From positions 1,888,001-1,952,000 of the forward strand of contig CBDFJR010000005.1 of the NCBI GenBank assembly GCA_965248535.1: DNA of 64,000 nt. Reading direction: 5' to 3'. The position numbers were made by a program, and so were the translations under genes. Origin of the DNA: Phormidesmis sp. (GTDB taxonomy: Bacteria > Cyanobacteriota > Cyanobacteriia > Leptolyngbyales > Leptolyngbyaceae). The stretch's first letter is position 1, and every line of letters starts with the position of its first letter. The notes below the pieces were generated by a model. The model saw only the letters and a list, made by a program, of their open reading frames with translations, was not told the origin of the DNA and did not search any database. This document shows positions 31,473-41,224 of this stretch, piece by piece.

Positions 31473-32765
31473 ATGAATGTGTTAATCGTCTCAGATTTTC
31501 AAATTTATCCTTTCACCAGTGGAGCTAGCATCGCCCAGTTTGGGATCATTGAGCCATTGAGCAAGAAGTGCAATATAAGCCTTGTAATACCTGAACAGTT
31601 CACTCCAACTGATGAGCAGTTAGATGAGCTAAAGCGGTTAATACCCAGCGTCAAAATCTACACATTAAAGGAATCAAAGTCTGTTCGATTTCAAAATCTC
31701 AAAGGAATCTTGAAGACTATTAAGAAACTTGTTGAACAGGTCTTCTCAAAAAAGAGCAATGAATCAGTCTTCAGCTTAGATGATCAATTAGGCGGGATGC
31801 ACTCTTATCTCTATCCTTTACGATCTAAAAATCATGTTAATAAGATTCTGGACATCATTGAAAAAGATAAAATAGACATCATACAACTAGAATTTGATTC
31901 CAATTTAAACTTAGTCAGTTTGCTTCCTAAAGATGTAAAGAAAGTGTTTATTGAACATGAGTGTCAATTTTATCGGATCGGCACTCATATGAAGGCAAAA
32001 CATATCAATACAGGGTATGCAAGCTATATTTATAACCTTGTCAAGACTGTAGAAGTTTCCTTTCTTGAACAATTTGATGCAATCCTAACGTTTAATGAGG
32101 ATGAAGCCCGTGTTTTAGAGAGCGCCTTACAAAAAAGTAGTAAAGGGGTCGAGATCATCACCTCTCCCTTTCCAGTACTTGACAGGGATTTTGTTGAACT
32201 CGATCGCAGCGAGTTTCATCAGCCAGACAAACTAATTTTTGTAGGATCTGAGTATCATTTCCCCAATAAAGATGGAATCGAATGGTTTCTAGAAGAAACA
32301 GCATTGCGAATTTTTAAGCAATTTGGCTTGCGGCTACATATTGTTAGCGGCTGGAGTCAAGAAACTATAGACAAATATAAGAACCACCCCAGCCAAGTGA
32401 CTTTTACTGGCTACCTTGACAATTTATACCCATTGACTAAAAATAGCATTGCCATAGCTCCAATGAGAATTGGTGGAGGACTTAGAGCAAAGATTTTGTC
32501 GTCTATGGCTCAAGGCACTCCAGTCATCTCTACCACGCACGCTTTATCAGGAATCAGTGCCAAGCATATGGAAAGTGTCATGATTGCCGATGACCCAACC
32601 TCTTTTTGTTCTTCAGTAGATTATTTGCTCTCTGATGTAGACCGCACATTCAACCTTTGCAAAAATGCCCAAGAACTTATGCGCGCAAAGTACTCTCAGT
32701 CTTATGCGTCTGATAGGCGATATAGCCTATATAAAAATCTTTTGGTTTGTGCCAATGAGAGTTAA
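31473..32765 (+). CDS. Glycosyltransferase family 4-like
   Basis: 'FVGS..HFPNKDG..WF', 'PMRIGGGLRAKIL'. Confidence 0.8.
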   Translation: MNVLIVSDFQIYPFTSGASIAQFGIIEPLSKKCNISLVIPEQFTPTDEQLDELKRLIPSVKIYTLKESKSVRFQNLKGILKTIKKLVEQVFSKKSNESVFSLDDQLGGMHSYLYPLRSKNHVNKILDIIEKDKIDIIQLEFDSNLNLVSLLPKDVKKVFIEHECQFYRIGTHMKAKHINTGYASYIYNLVKTVEVSFLEQFDAILTFNEDEARVLESALQKSSKGVEIITSPFPVLDRDFVELDRSEFHQPDKLIFVGSEYHFPNKDGIEWFLEETALRIFKQFGLRLHIVSGWSQETIDKYKNHPSQVTFTGYLDNLYPLTKNSIAIAPMRIGGGLRAKILSSMAQGTPVISTTHALSGISAKHMESVMIADDPTSFCSSVDYLLSDVDRTFNLCKNAQELMRAKYSQSYASDRRYSLYKNLLVCANES

Positions 32766-32997
32766 TACAACGAATCTCGATTTGCCTTACAAAGCTCTGA
32801 CATCAAAGCAATATACTGCGGTAATAGAAGTTACTCTTTAGATAAAAGCTCATGAAAACTGTCGCACTTGTTGGATTGAATGGGTGGGGTTACCAATCAG
32901 TATCTTTCAAGTTCTCTAATACAACGCTGCTGCAATTTGGTTGCCAAGTCACGGCTCTATATCTAGAGCTTTCTGAGCCAAAGGAGGGAATTATTGA

Positions 32998-34014
32998 ATG
33001 GTTATAGTTCGTTTAGAAGGCGGTTTGGGTAACCAAATGTTTGAGTATGCAGCGGCGCGGCGGCTAGCTGAAAAACATTCATCTTCATTAAAAATAGACC
33101 TTTCGTGGCTTGAACATCAACAGCTTCGGAAGTATAAATTGCAGTGCTTCAACATTCGTGAAGAATTTGCCACGCCAAAAGAGATTGAGGCAATTATAGG
33201 TAACTACAGTATCGCTAAGTGGCTGACTTCAAAGACTGTCCGCAAACTTGGGCTTGACCAATCGTGGTCAGATCTAGAGATGGAGCGAGAGATTGCAGCA
33301 ATCATCAGTAGCCATAACTATAGTCTGGCAAAGTGGTGGGCTGCTAGGGTCAGACATAAGCTTGGCGCTTACCATTCAGGTAAGGGGCTGAATCAGAAAG
33401 GAAGATACGTTCGAGAAAAGCACCAGCATTTTGATCCAGATCTGTTGAATGCTTCTGACTATGTTTATCTAGATGGATTTTGGCAGTCGGAAAAATATTT
33501 TTCAGATATTGAAGAAATTCTCAGACAGGAGTTCACGTTAAAACTTCCTCAAAGTGCATTGTTTGATCAAATTTCAGAAGCGATCGCTAGCACTTGTCCT
33601 GTATCCTTGCATATACGGCGCGGCGATATGGCGAATAACCCGGAGACAAACCGATTGCACGGAACTTGCAGCTTAGATTACTACGATCGGGCTGTTCAGC
33701 ACATCGCCAAACATGTCAGTCAGCCGCATTTTTTCATTTTCTCTGATGATCCAATCTGGGTTAAAGAGCATCTAAATTTAAGCTTTCCTTCAACTTTAGT
33801 AAGCTATGGAAGCTCACTACATGACTATGAGGAGTTGCATCTGATGAGCCGATGTCATCATCACATTACTGCGAATAGCTCTTTCAGTTGGTGGGGAGCC
33901 TGGCTAAACCCCAAACCGGACAAAATTGTCATTACCCCTAAAAAGTGGTTTGGAGATTTTGCCGATGACCATGACACGAAGGATTTAATTCCTGATAACT
34001 GGCTCAGGCTCTAG
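32998..34014 (+). CDS. Alpha-1,2-fucosyltransferase (GT11)
   Basis: 'GGLGNQMF', 'GFWQSEKYF', 'HIRRGD', 'ANSSFSWWGAWL'. Confidence 0.92.
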   Translation: MVIVRLEGGLGNQMFEYAAARRLAEKHSSSLKIDLSWLEHQQLRKYKLQCFNIREEFATPKEIEAIIGNYSIAKWLTSKTVRKLGLDQSWSDLEMEREIAAIISSHNYSLAKWWAARVRHKLGAYHSGKGLNQKGRYVREKHQHFDPDLLNASDYVYLDGFWQSEKYFSDIEEILRQEFTLKLPQSALFDQISEAIASTCPVSLHIRRGDMANNPETNRLHGTCSLDYYDRAVQHIAKHVSQPHFFIFSDDPIWVKEHLNLSFPSTLVSYGSSLHDYEELHLMSRCHHHITANSSFSWWGAWLNPKPDKIVITPKKWFGDFADDHDTKDLIPDNWLRL

Positions 34015-34081
34015 ATGAAATAGAAAGCTAGCTCTCTTGAGATTATATTAACTATTCAAGCTGTTTTTGAGGCTCTCAATC

Positions 34082-35050
34082 ATGTCACTGTCCACAGCCG
34101 TAGGATTCATTATCTTCTCACGTTCTAATTTTGTAGAGCAAGTCTTTGAAGTCATTGCTCAAGCAAAGCCTAAAAAATTGTTTGTGATTCAAGATGCTCC
34201 CCGGTTAGATCGCCCCGGTGAAGCCGAAAAATGTGCAGCAGCTAGAGCCGTTATTCAAAAAGTTGACTGGGACTGCGAGGTATTCACCAACTTCTCAGAG
34301 GTGAATTTGGGGCCTGGGCGACGAATCGCAACTGGAATAGATTGGGTTTTTTCTCATGTTGAAGAAGCCATTTTTTTAGAAGAAGATGCATTACCTTCTC
34401 TTTCCTACTTTAGCTTTTGCGAAACGATGCTAGAGCGCTATCGTCATGACAAGCGGGTTATGTCTATTAATGGTTGCAATTATGTCAACCGAAATAGAAC
34501 AAGCGACAGCTATTATTTCTCAAAATATTTTGACTGTTGGGGATGGGCTTTGTGGAAAAGATCCTGGGACTACTATGACTACTATATGAAGAGTTGGCCT
34601 GAATTTCAGCAGTCAGGCTCGCTTGATCAGATCTTTGAAGATCCTTATGAGAAAGAGTATTGGAGAGGAGCATTTGAGCGAATGCACAGAGATCCTCAAG
34701 AAATCAATACCTGGGATATTCAATTGCAGTACGCCATTTGGTCGCAGTCTGGACTCATTGTTTCTCCCAACAAAAATTTGATTGGCAATATTGGTTGTAA
34801 CTTGGCTGATCGAGTTCATCCTTCCGAAACCCATGATCCCAGAGGAGATGTTCCTGTAGAAGACATTTGGGACATCAATCATCCGTCATTTGTAGTCAGG
34901 AACCGGGTTGCTGATCAGAACTTATTTGATGTGATTCATGGTGGAAGGGAAATCCGGCGACGAGATCAGCCTTTCATGAAAACGCTGCGATTCTTATCTT
35001 CACCAGTTCCACCCTCTATGAAAAAGCAACTTAAAGGATTGCTAAAGTAA
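34082..35050 (+). CDS. GT-A glycosyltransferase (HlpA-like)
   Basis: 'NLGPG', 'AIFLEED', 'WGWALW', 'WDIQ'. Confidence 0.8.
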   Translation: MSLSTAVGFIIFSRSNFVEQVFEVIAQAKPKKLFVIQDAPRLDRPGEAEKCAAARAVIQKVDWDCEVFTNFSEVNLGPGRRIATGIDWVFSHVEEAIFLEEDALPSLSYFSFCETMLERYRHDKRVMSINGCNYVNRNRTSDSYYFSKYFDCWGWALWKRSWDYYDYYMKSWPEFQQSGSLDQIFEDPYEKEYWRGAFERMHRDPQEINTWDIQLQYAIWSQSGLIVSPNKNLIGNIGCNLADRVHPSETHDPRGDVPVEDIWDINHPSFVVRNRVADQNLFDVIHGGREIRRRDQPFMKTLRFLSSPVPPSMKKQLKGLLK

Positions 35051-35383
35051 TACTAAGGTTCTGCGCTCTGGAGCGGGTTTTAAGAGAGAATATTGCATGA
35101 ATAGACAGAAGATAGTTTGCTTATTGATCGTCATTTTCTGCTCAGAAGACGGTCATCTAGTTAGAGAGGTATTAACGATCGCTGCGGGTTTCTCGGATCT
35201 AGGCTAGTCTATGAGATTACTGTCGTGACTGACTCTGAACTGACTATACACCTAGAAAAGTTAAGATTTTAGACAATTTTTCTGACATTGCCGTTGTCTA
35301 CGCTGATATTGGGCATTTTGATGGGGTTAATTGCATCTAATTGGTTAAATATATGCTTTTTACACCCCTCAAACGGAGTCCGT

Positions 35384-36268
35384 ATGCTGCCAGATATTGT
35401 TGAAAATACCTATAAAGAAAGTAATAACTATAAAATTACTATTGGTGATAACAAGGGCTGTAAAAGGTGCTTCATATTTTTTTCGGGAAATGGGCTTTAC
35501 TATCCTGAAACTGAAGAGGAGTTTTTGAAAACGATCGTGGTCAAAGATCGATATGAATGGAATAAGTATAGACCCAAGAACTTTAGCAAGCTAATTCAAC
35601 TTCGTGATGTTAAAAAAACTTGGTATCTAGATGGCATTAACCAGCATCTTAACACCATCGATAAAGTTGCCTCCTTTTTAAAGGAAGAAACAAAGGGGCT
35701 TGAAGTCATTTGTGTGGGTAGTTCTGCTGGGGGATACGCCGCAGTTTTGTTCGGCTCACTGTTGAGAGCATCCCATATTTTTACCTTTTCGGGGCAGTTT
35801 AGCCTATTTAATGTGCCTGATTCTTGGTCTGATGACTCATTTCGTCCTTGGTTAGGTGCTCCACTGCTCTCCAACTATAAAAATATCTATGAATATTCAA
35901 AGTTTTATGATCTGAGATCAATTATTCTTCAATCTAAAGTGCCAATTTTTTACTTCTATCCAGCATTTTTTAAAGAAGATACTGATCAACATGATCTTAT
36001 ACTGGACATTGACTGCATTAGAAGTCTTACATTTTCATCGAATAGTCATGGAGTGACCTGTTTACTAATTAACTATCCTGATTTATTTGACATGAACCTA
36101 TCAAAACTGGATAAATTATACCAAAGATATCAAGGAAAACTAATCGGTAGCTTCTTGTTTTCGCTACATATATCTGGATTATTAAAGACATCTAAATATT
36201 TATTTGATCCTAAAAATCGATACTTAGTTAATGATAAACTTAAGAAGTTTTTTAGAAATATTAATTAG
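35384..36268 (+). CDS. Alpha/beta-hydrolase-like protein
   Basis: 'GSSAGGYAA' nucleophile elbow, distal 'HG'; very AT-rich; start uncertain. Confidence 0.6.
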   Translation: MLPDIVENTYKESNNYKITIGDNKGCKRCFIFFSGNGLYYPETEEEFLKTIVVKDRYEWNKYRPKNFSKLIQLRDVKKTWYLDGINQHLNTIDKVASFLKEETKGLEVICVGSSAGGYAAVLFGSLLRASHIFTFSGQFSLFNVPDSWSDDSFRPWLGAPLLSNYKNIYEYSKFYDLRSIILQSKVPIFYFYPAFFKEDTDQHDLILDIDCIRSLTFSSNSHGVTCLLINYPDLFDMNLSKLDKLYQRYQGKLIGSFLFSLHISGLLKTSKYLFDPKNRYLVNDKLKKFFRNIN

Positions 36269-36284
36269 ATCTGGAGGATCTAGA

Positions 36285-37136
36285 ATGCACAGTCAAGAAA
36301 GAATTCGGTTGTCGATCGTCATTCCCTGTTTTAATGACGGGCAGTTTATTAAAGAGGCACTGGCCAGCGCCGAGGCTTATCCAGACCCCATTTACGAAAT
36401 TATTATCGTGAATGATGGCTCTACAGACCCCGTTACGTGCCAGGTTTTCGATGAATTAAGAGGCCAGGGCTACAAGATTATTGATCAACCCAATCAGGGG
36501 CTTTCTGCTGCTAGAAACACTGGAATTAAACTAGCGCGTGGCGAATATATCTTGCCGCTAGATTCAGACAATCGTATTCGACCTGCCTACATCCATACAG
36601 GGATTGAGATTCTAGACAAATTTTCTGATGTTGCGGTTGTATATGGTGATGTCGAGCGGTTTGGGGAAGGAATCGACGATTTGCAGAAAATTCCAGACTT
36701 CAATTTGTCCTACGAAGATGTCAGTTTTGTAAATGGCTTTAGAGGAGTACAGAAAGTTCCAGATTTTAATCTGTCGTGGCTGGTCAATCACAATTATATT
36801 GATGCTTGTGCAGTTTTTCGCAAATCAGTGTGGGAAGAATGTGGGCCCTATGACATGAACATGCCATTCGGGTGCTATGAAGATTGGGATTTTTGGTTGA
36901 GTATTGCCAAAAAAGGATACAAGTTCCATCACGTCCCAGAAGTTTTATTCGATTACAGAGTTAGACCCATTTCACTCAGCACAGCCGCTCGTAGTGAAGA
37001 AAAATCTAAAGTCGTTTGTCGTTATATTGCGTCTAAACACGCGGCTTTATTTCCTAAGGAATATCGTTATTACTTTAACTTCTATCGGGGATGGCTCAAA
37101 GTCCAGCAAAAGTGGCATTCAATTCTTGGGGCTTAG
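36285..37136 (+). CDS. Glycosyltransferase family 2
   Basis: 'SIVIPCFN', 'VNDGSTD', 'ARNTG', 'LDSD', 'EDWDFW'; GGAGG RBS upstream. Confidence 0.92.
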   Translation: MHSQERIRLSIVIPCFNDGQFIKEALASAEAYPDPIYEIIIVNDGSTDPVTCQVFDELRGQGYKIIDQPNQGLSAARNTGIKLARGEYILPLDSDNRIRPAYIHTGIEILDKFSDVAVVYGDVERFGEGIDDLQKIPDFNLSYEDVSFVNGFRGVQKVPDFNLSWLVNHNYIDACAVFRKSVWEECGPYDMNMPFGCYEDWDFWLSIAKKGYKFHHVPEVLFDYRVRPISLSTAARSEEKSKVVCRYIASKHAALFPKEYRYYFNFYRGWLKVQQKWHSILGA

Positions 37137-37153
37137 CTAACGTTCCTCCCTGG

Positions 37154-37927
37154 TCACGCAAAATTTGAGTAGGTGGCTTGGATCAATTTGGCGATCGCTT
37201 CAGGTGCTTCGATCGGCAGCAGATGTCCCGCATTGGGGACAACCACTAGCTGAACATCGGCGATCGTGTCCACAACTTCTCGCTGAAGCAACGACTGCGG
37301 AATGACTGCATCTTCGGCCCCCACGATCACTAAAACGGGAACTTTAATCGCAGCCATGGCGGCCGAAATATTCTGCTGACTGCCACATTCTAGCCAGGCT
37401 TGCCACGCTGCTTGAGACGTGCGGAGATTATCTTGAATGACTTGCTCAAACGCAGCCTCACTTAACGCTTGAGCCGTAATTTTGTGAGCCGTCTCTTCGG
37501 CTGCCGATCGATCGCCGTGAGTATTGAGCAACCGCGATCGCTCTGAGTCGGCGATCGGCTCCGGGGTTGGAGGCGAAGGAGCCAACAAAATCAAGGATTG
37601 CAGCCCTGGCGGTTGAGTGGCTGCTAATGCTAGCGCAACTTTGCCACCCATTGAGTGACCAATCAAACTATAACGCTGGAGATCAAGCTGGCGAATCATT
37701 TCTGCAATCACCCCGGCAACTGCTTCTATAGTGGGATCAGCGATCGGGTCTGAGTCGCCAAAACCGGGAAGATCAGGCGCGATGCAGTGAGCCGTTTCTT
37801 GAAGCTGAGACATCACATCAGACCATGAGGCTGATGATCCGGCAAAATAGTGCAAAAACAGGAGCGATGGAGTTCCTGTTCCGCGCTCGATTATAGTGAG
37901 CCGATGACTGCCTACAACGCGCTGCAT
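37154..37927 (-). CDS. Alpha/beta fold hydrolase
   Basis: 'PDLPGFGDS', 'GHSMGG', 'GAED', 'AGH'. Confidence 0.9.
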   Translation of the reverse strand: MQRVVGSHRLTIIERGTGTPSLLFLHYFAGSSASWSDVMSQLQETAHCIAPDLPGFGDSDPIADPTIEAVAGVIAEMIRQLDLQRYSLIGHSMGGKVALALAATQPPGLQSLILLAPSPPTPEPIADSERSRLLNTHGDRSAAEETAHKITAQALSEAAFEQVIQDNLRTSQAAWQAWLECGSQQNISAAMAAIKVPVLVIVGAEDAVIPQSLLQREVVDTIADVQLVVVPNAGHLLPIEAPEAIAKLIQATYSNFA

Positions 37928-38153
37928 AGTTGCCCCCGTCTAACGGTGATTAATCGTAACAGATTGGGCGATCGTCGTTAAACCCCGATCGTGTGATCCA
38001 AATTAGAACCATCATTTCACCGTCGATTGAGATAAAAAGCTTGGGAACGATCGCATTGGCTGAGCAATCTCTGCCTTTTTGTAGATGTAGAAAATCTCAG
38101 AGACTACGCCTCTCATTAGCTCTTTTATCCTTTACAAAACTCTTTATTCTTTA

Positions 38154-38180
38154 CAAATCCAAAACAGATTTGTCCGCGTA
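38154..38180 (+). promoter_or_regulatory. Candidate ECF-sigma (SigK-like) promoter
   Basis: CAAATCC-N16-CGTA upstream of the DUF4331-like gene. Confidence 0.3.
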
Positions 38181-38191
38181 TATACCTGCGT

Positions 38192-39508
38192 GTGTCCCCT
38201 GAGAACAGCGACCATTTCTCTAAAAATGTTCTTAAAAGGCTGTTTCTGGGTTCACCTAAAGATGAAGCGTGTCAAATGAGGGTAACTATGAGAATTAATG
38301 TCCGGGGTATGACTGATACCCTGACCCGTCAGTGTAGCTCTTTGTTTGAGCAACTGACTCAACGCTGGCTTCGCACCACTGGAATTTTGACGATCGTTTT
38401 ATTGACCGTGTTGGTTAACTTCGCCCTTCCTGCTAGGGCTTCAGATCACCAAGACACGACGTTTTTAGCCACGAAGCTAACCGCCGCCGATCTCACCGAT
38501 CTATTCGTGTTTGAGAGTCCTAGTGATCCCAGCAAGGTGGTCTTAGCAATGGATTTTGACCCCTTGATCACGAAAGGCGAAGTCAGACCCTTTGACCCTG
38601 CTGTTCTCTATCAATTTAAGATTGATAACACGGGTGACAGCGTTGAAGATCTCGTGCTGCAATTTCGGGTGAACGGCAGAGGGCGCGGTCAATCGGTTGC
38701 CGTGTCTGGCCCCAGTCGCCCCGGCAAGATTGGCACCGAGTCAGAACTGGTTCGCGCAACGGGTGTCGGTGGGATCAATCAGACGTTTTCGACTAACAAA
38801 GGGGTCAAAGTTTTTGTAGGAACGCGCAAAGATCCCTTCTTCTTTGATCTAGAGCAGTTCTTTAAGATTTTGCCCGATCGTAACTATCAGCTTCAGCCCA
38901 ACCCCAGCCCACCGCTAACCGTGGTTTCGTTTAGACCACCGGGTCAGGCTCAAGACACGCTGGCTCCGTTTAACGTGCACTCGATCGTGGCCGAGCTACC
39001 CCGATCGCTGTTAGGCAAGGGAAAAATTGGCGTGTGGATGACCACCAGCGTTCAAACTCCTAGAAGCAGAGACAGCTATGTTCAGATTGAGCGGTTAGCC
39101 GTCCCAGCGCTGAATGAACTGTTTATGGACTTTAAAGCTCACAACTTCAGCAACCTTCAGACCCCAACCCGTGACGCGGGCAATCAATCGAGCTTTATTC
39201 GGTCGTTTGTGAAAACGATCGGGCGGCCCCAGGGTATTGCAGATGCAGTCATTTCTGTCGCCATTCCTGATGTGATCAAAGCTGACTTGTCTAAACCAAC
39301 TGGGAGCTATTTTGGCACTCAGTTAGGTCAAAACTTTGGCGGCAGACGACCTAAAGATGATGTGATTGACGTGACAGCATCGGTTGTCTTTGGCAGTGCA
39401 GTGACTGGAATTACGGCGGGTGCGATTCCGGCTTTGACCACTGACAATGTGGCTGCCAATCCTGCCAATTTTCTGCCCGTGTTTCCCTATCTAGGCAAAC
39501 CCCTTTAG
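38192..39508 (+). CDS. Secreted DUF4331-like protein
   Basis: Signal peptide ending ARA|SDH; 'ADLTDLFVF', 'YQFKIDN.GD', 'RKDPFFFDL', 'GGRRPKDDVID', 'FPYLG'; true start probably 38276-38309. Confidence 0.8.
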   Translation: MSPENSDHFSKNVLKRLFLGSPKDEACQMRVTMRINVRGMTDTLTRQCSSLFEQLTQRWLRTTGILTIVLLTVLVNFALPARASDHQDTTFLATKLTAADLTDLFVFESPSDPSKVVLAMDFDPLITKGEVRPFDPAVLYQFKIDNTGDSVEDLVLQFRVNGRGRGQSVAVSGPSRPGKIGTESELVRATGVGGINQTFSTNKGVKVFVGTRKDPFFFDLEQFFKILPDRNYQLQPNPSPPLTVVSFRPPGQAQDTLAPFNVHSIVAELPRSLLGKGKIGVWMTTSVQTPRSRDSYVQIERLAVPALNELFMDFKAHNFSNLQTPTRDAGNQSSFIRSFVKTIGRPQGIADAVISVAIPDVIKADLSKPTGSYFGTQLGQNFGGRRPKDDVIDVTASVVFGSAVTGITAGAIPALTTDNVAANPANFLPVFPYLGKPL

Positions 39509-39513
39509 AGATT

Positions 39514-40872
39514 ATGACTCGACGATCGTTAGGGCTGTTTTGGGGGCTGGTTAGCCTAATCGTTTTGCTGCTGTTAGGGCAGCCGTCTACTCTCGCGCTC
39601 GGCGAGGTGGGCAAAGAACCGTTTTCTGCCCCGCAGGTCGAACAGACCTCAGATCTCGTCTTTCCTGACTATCTAGAGCGCGATGGAATCATCAGCAACT
39701 ATGAGCAGCAGGTGCGTCAATCTCCTGACTCCTTTCTGCTGTTGCGATTGCTGGCTGATCACTATCTCAGACGCTTTCGAGAACGGGCCGACGTAGAAGA
39801 TCTGCTGCGGGCCGAACAGGCAGCCCAACGATCGTTAAAAATCCAACCCCTGCAAAATGGGGTGTCTTCGATGCTTTTGGCCTCAGCGCTGCTCTCTCAG
39901 CATCGGTTTCAAGAAGCTTTGCATGTCGTCACTGAGGCTCAAAAATCGACGTTGGGAGATGCTAGCCTTGCGTCTCTTAAAGCCTCGATTCAGATGGAGT
40001 TGGGTGATTATGAATCGGCCCACGAATTCTTGCAGACTCTACCGTCTGAATCGGACGAAAACTCAGGCTCTAGTGCGGTGCTGGCTCGATATTTAGAGTT
40101 AACTCACCACTTATCGTCAGCGCGGCAACGCATGGACTCAGCCATGCAGCAAATGGACAGGTTCTACACCAACCCAGCCGAGACTCGCGCTTGGTTTCAT
40201 GTGCGGGCGGGAGATTTGGCCTTTGCGGCAGGAGATTTCACCCAGTCTGAGCAGCGATATCGAGAAGCGATCGCCCTTTTTCCTGACGATGTGGCGGCGA
40301 TGACGGGGCTGGCTCGACTCTATGCCGCCCAGCATCGCTGGCCACAAGCTTTAGAAGTCGCCAATCAGGGCATCGATCGGGTGCCCTTAGTCGAAACCTT
40401 GGCTTATAAAGCAGACGCTCAACAAGCTCTAGGAGACTTGCAGGGAGCCGCCGACACCGCCGACTTGATCGAGGTGGTGGCCCGTCTGAGTCAGGTCAAA
40501 GGCATCTACGATCGCGCCCTGGCCGTTTATTATCTCGACCACCACATTCATTTACCCGAAGCCTTAGAGATTGCTCAACGAGAAGTAGCTCTGCGAGACG
40601 ATATCTATGCTGAAGACACGCTGGCTTGGGCGGCCGCCGCCAATGGGCAATGTCAGACAGCCCAACGGGCCATTCAGCAAGCGACGCGCTATGGCACCGA
40701 AGATGCGCTGCTGCGGTTTCATCACGGCATGATTGCGCTGCACTGCGGCGATCGTGAAACCGCCCTTCAACAGTTGAGTGAGGCCCTTCGTCTCAATCCT
40801 CAGTTTCATCACAAATATGCGGCTGAGGCACGTCAAGCTTTAGCCACCCTATCCCCCTCTGAAGTGGAGTAA
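39514..40872 (+). CDS. Exported tetratricopeptide-repeat protein
   Basis: N-terminal signal/TM, multiple TPR-like helices, 'DTLAWA', 'ALRLNPQF'. Confidence 0.85.
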   Translation: MTRRSLGLFWGLVSLIVLLLLGQPSTLALGEVGKEPFSAPQVEQTSDLVFPDYLERDGIISNYEQQVRQSPDSFLLLRLLADHYLRRFRERADVEDLLRAEQAAQRSLKIQPLQNGVSSMLLASALLSQHRFQEALHVVTEAQKSTLGDASLASLKASIQMELGDYESAHEFLQTLPSESDENSGSSAVLARYLELTHHLSSARQRMDSAMQQMDRFYTNPAETRAWFHVRAGDLAFAAGDFTQSEQRYREAIALFPDDVAAMTGLARLYAAQHRWPQALEVANQGIDRVPLVETLAYKADAQQALGDLQGAADTADLIEVVARLSQVKGIYDRALAVYYLDHHIHLPEALEIAQREVALRDDIYAEDTLAWAAAANGQCQTAQRAIQQATRYGTEDALLRFHHGMIALHCGDRETALQQLSEALRLNPQFHHKYAAEARQALATLSPSEVE

Positions 40873-40874
40873 CG

Positions 40875-41219
40875 ATGCAACGACGTTTTTATGGGTTTAA
40901 TCGGCCGTCTGACGTTGCGGTGATTTTTAACGAAATTCAATCGATCGAGGATCTGTGGCAGCTAGAGTTTGACCTCAAAGTGTCAGGAACAACGCTCACT
41001 TATCTGATCCACAGTGCACCTGACGTATTTGTGCTGGATTGTTGGGCAGGCATTCACACAGAGCGATATGTGTTTATGACGACAAAAGCGAATGAACAAT
41101 ATGGGGGGCTGAGTGAGGCAGAACTGTCTAAGGTTAAGGGCTTTAAAGTGCTGACCGCCCCAAAGTCTGAGTTGCTGTTTAACGAGCCAAAGCGCGTTCA
41201 CTCATCTTTTCTCAACTAA
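40875..41219 (+). CDS. Hypothetical protein
   Basis: 114-aa ORF with 2-bp and 5-bp gaps to its neighbours. Confidence 0.6.
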   Translation: MQRRFYGFNRPSDVAVIFNEIQSIEDLWQLEFDLKVSGTTLTYLIHSAPDVFVLDCWAGIHTERYVFMTTKANEQYGGLSEAELSKVKGFKVLTAPKSELLFNEPKRVHSSFLN

Positions 41220-41224
41220 CCTTT

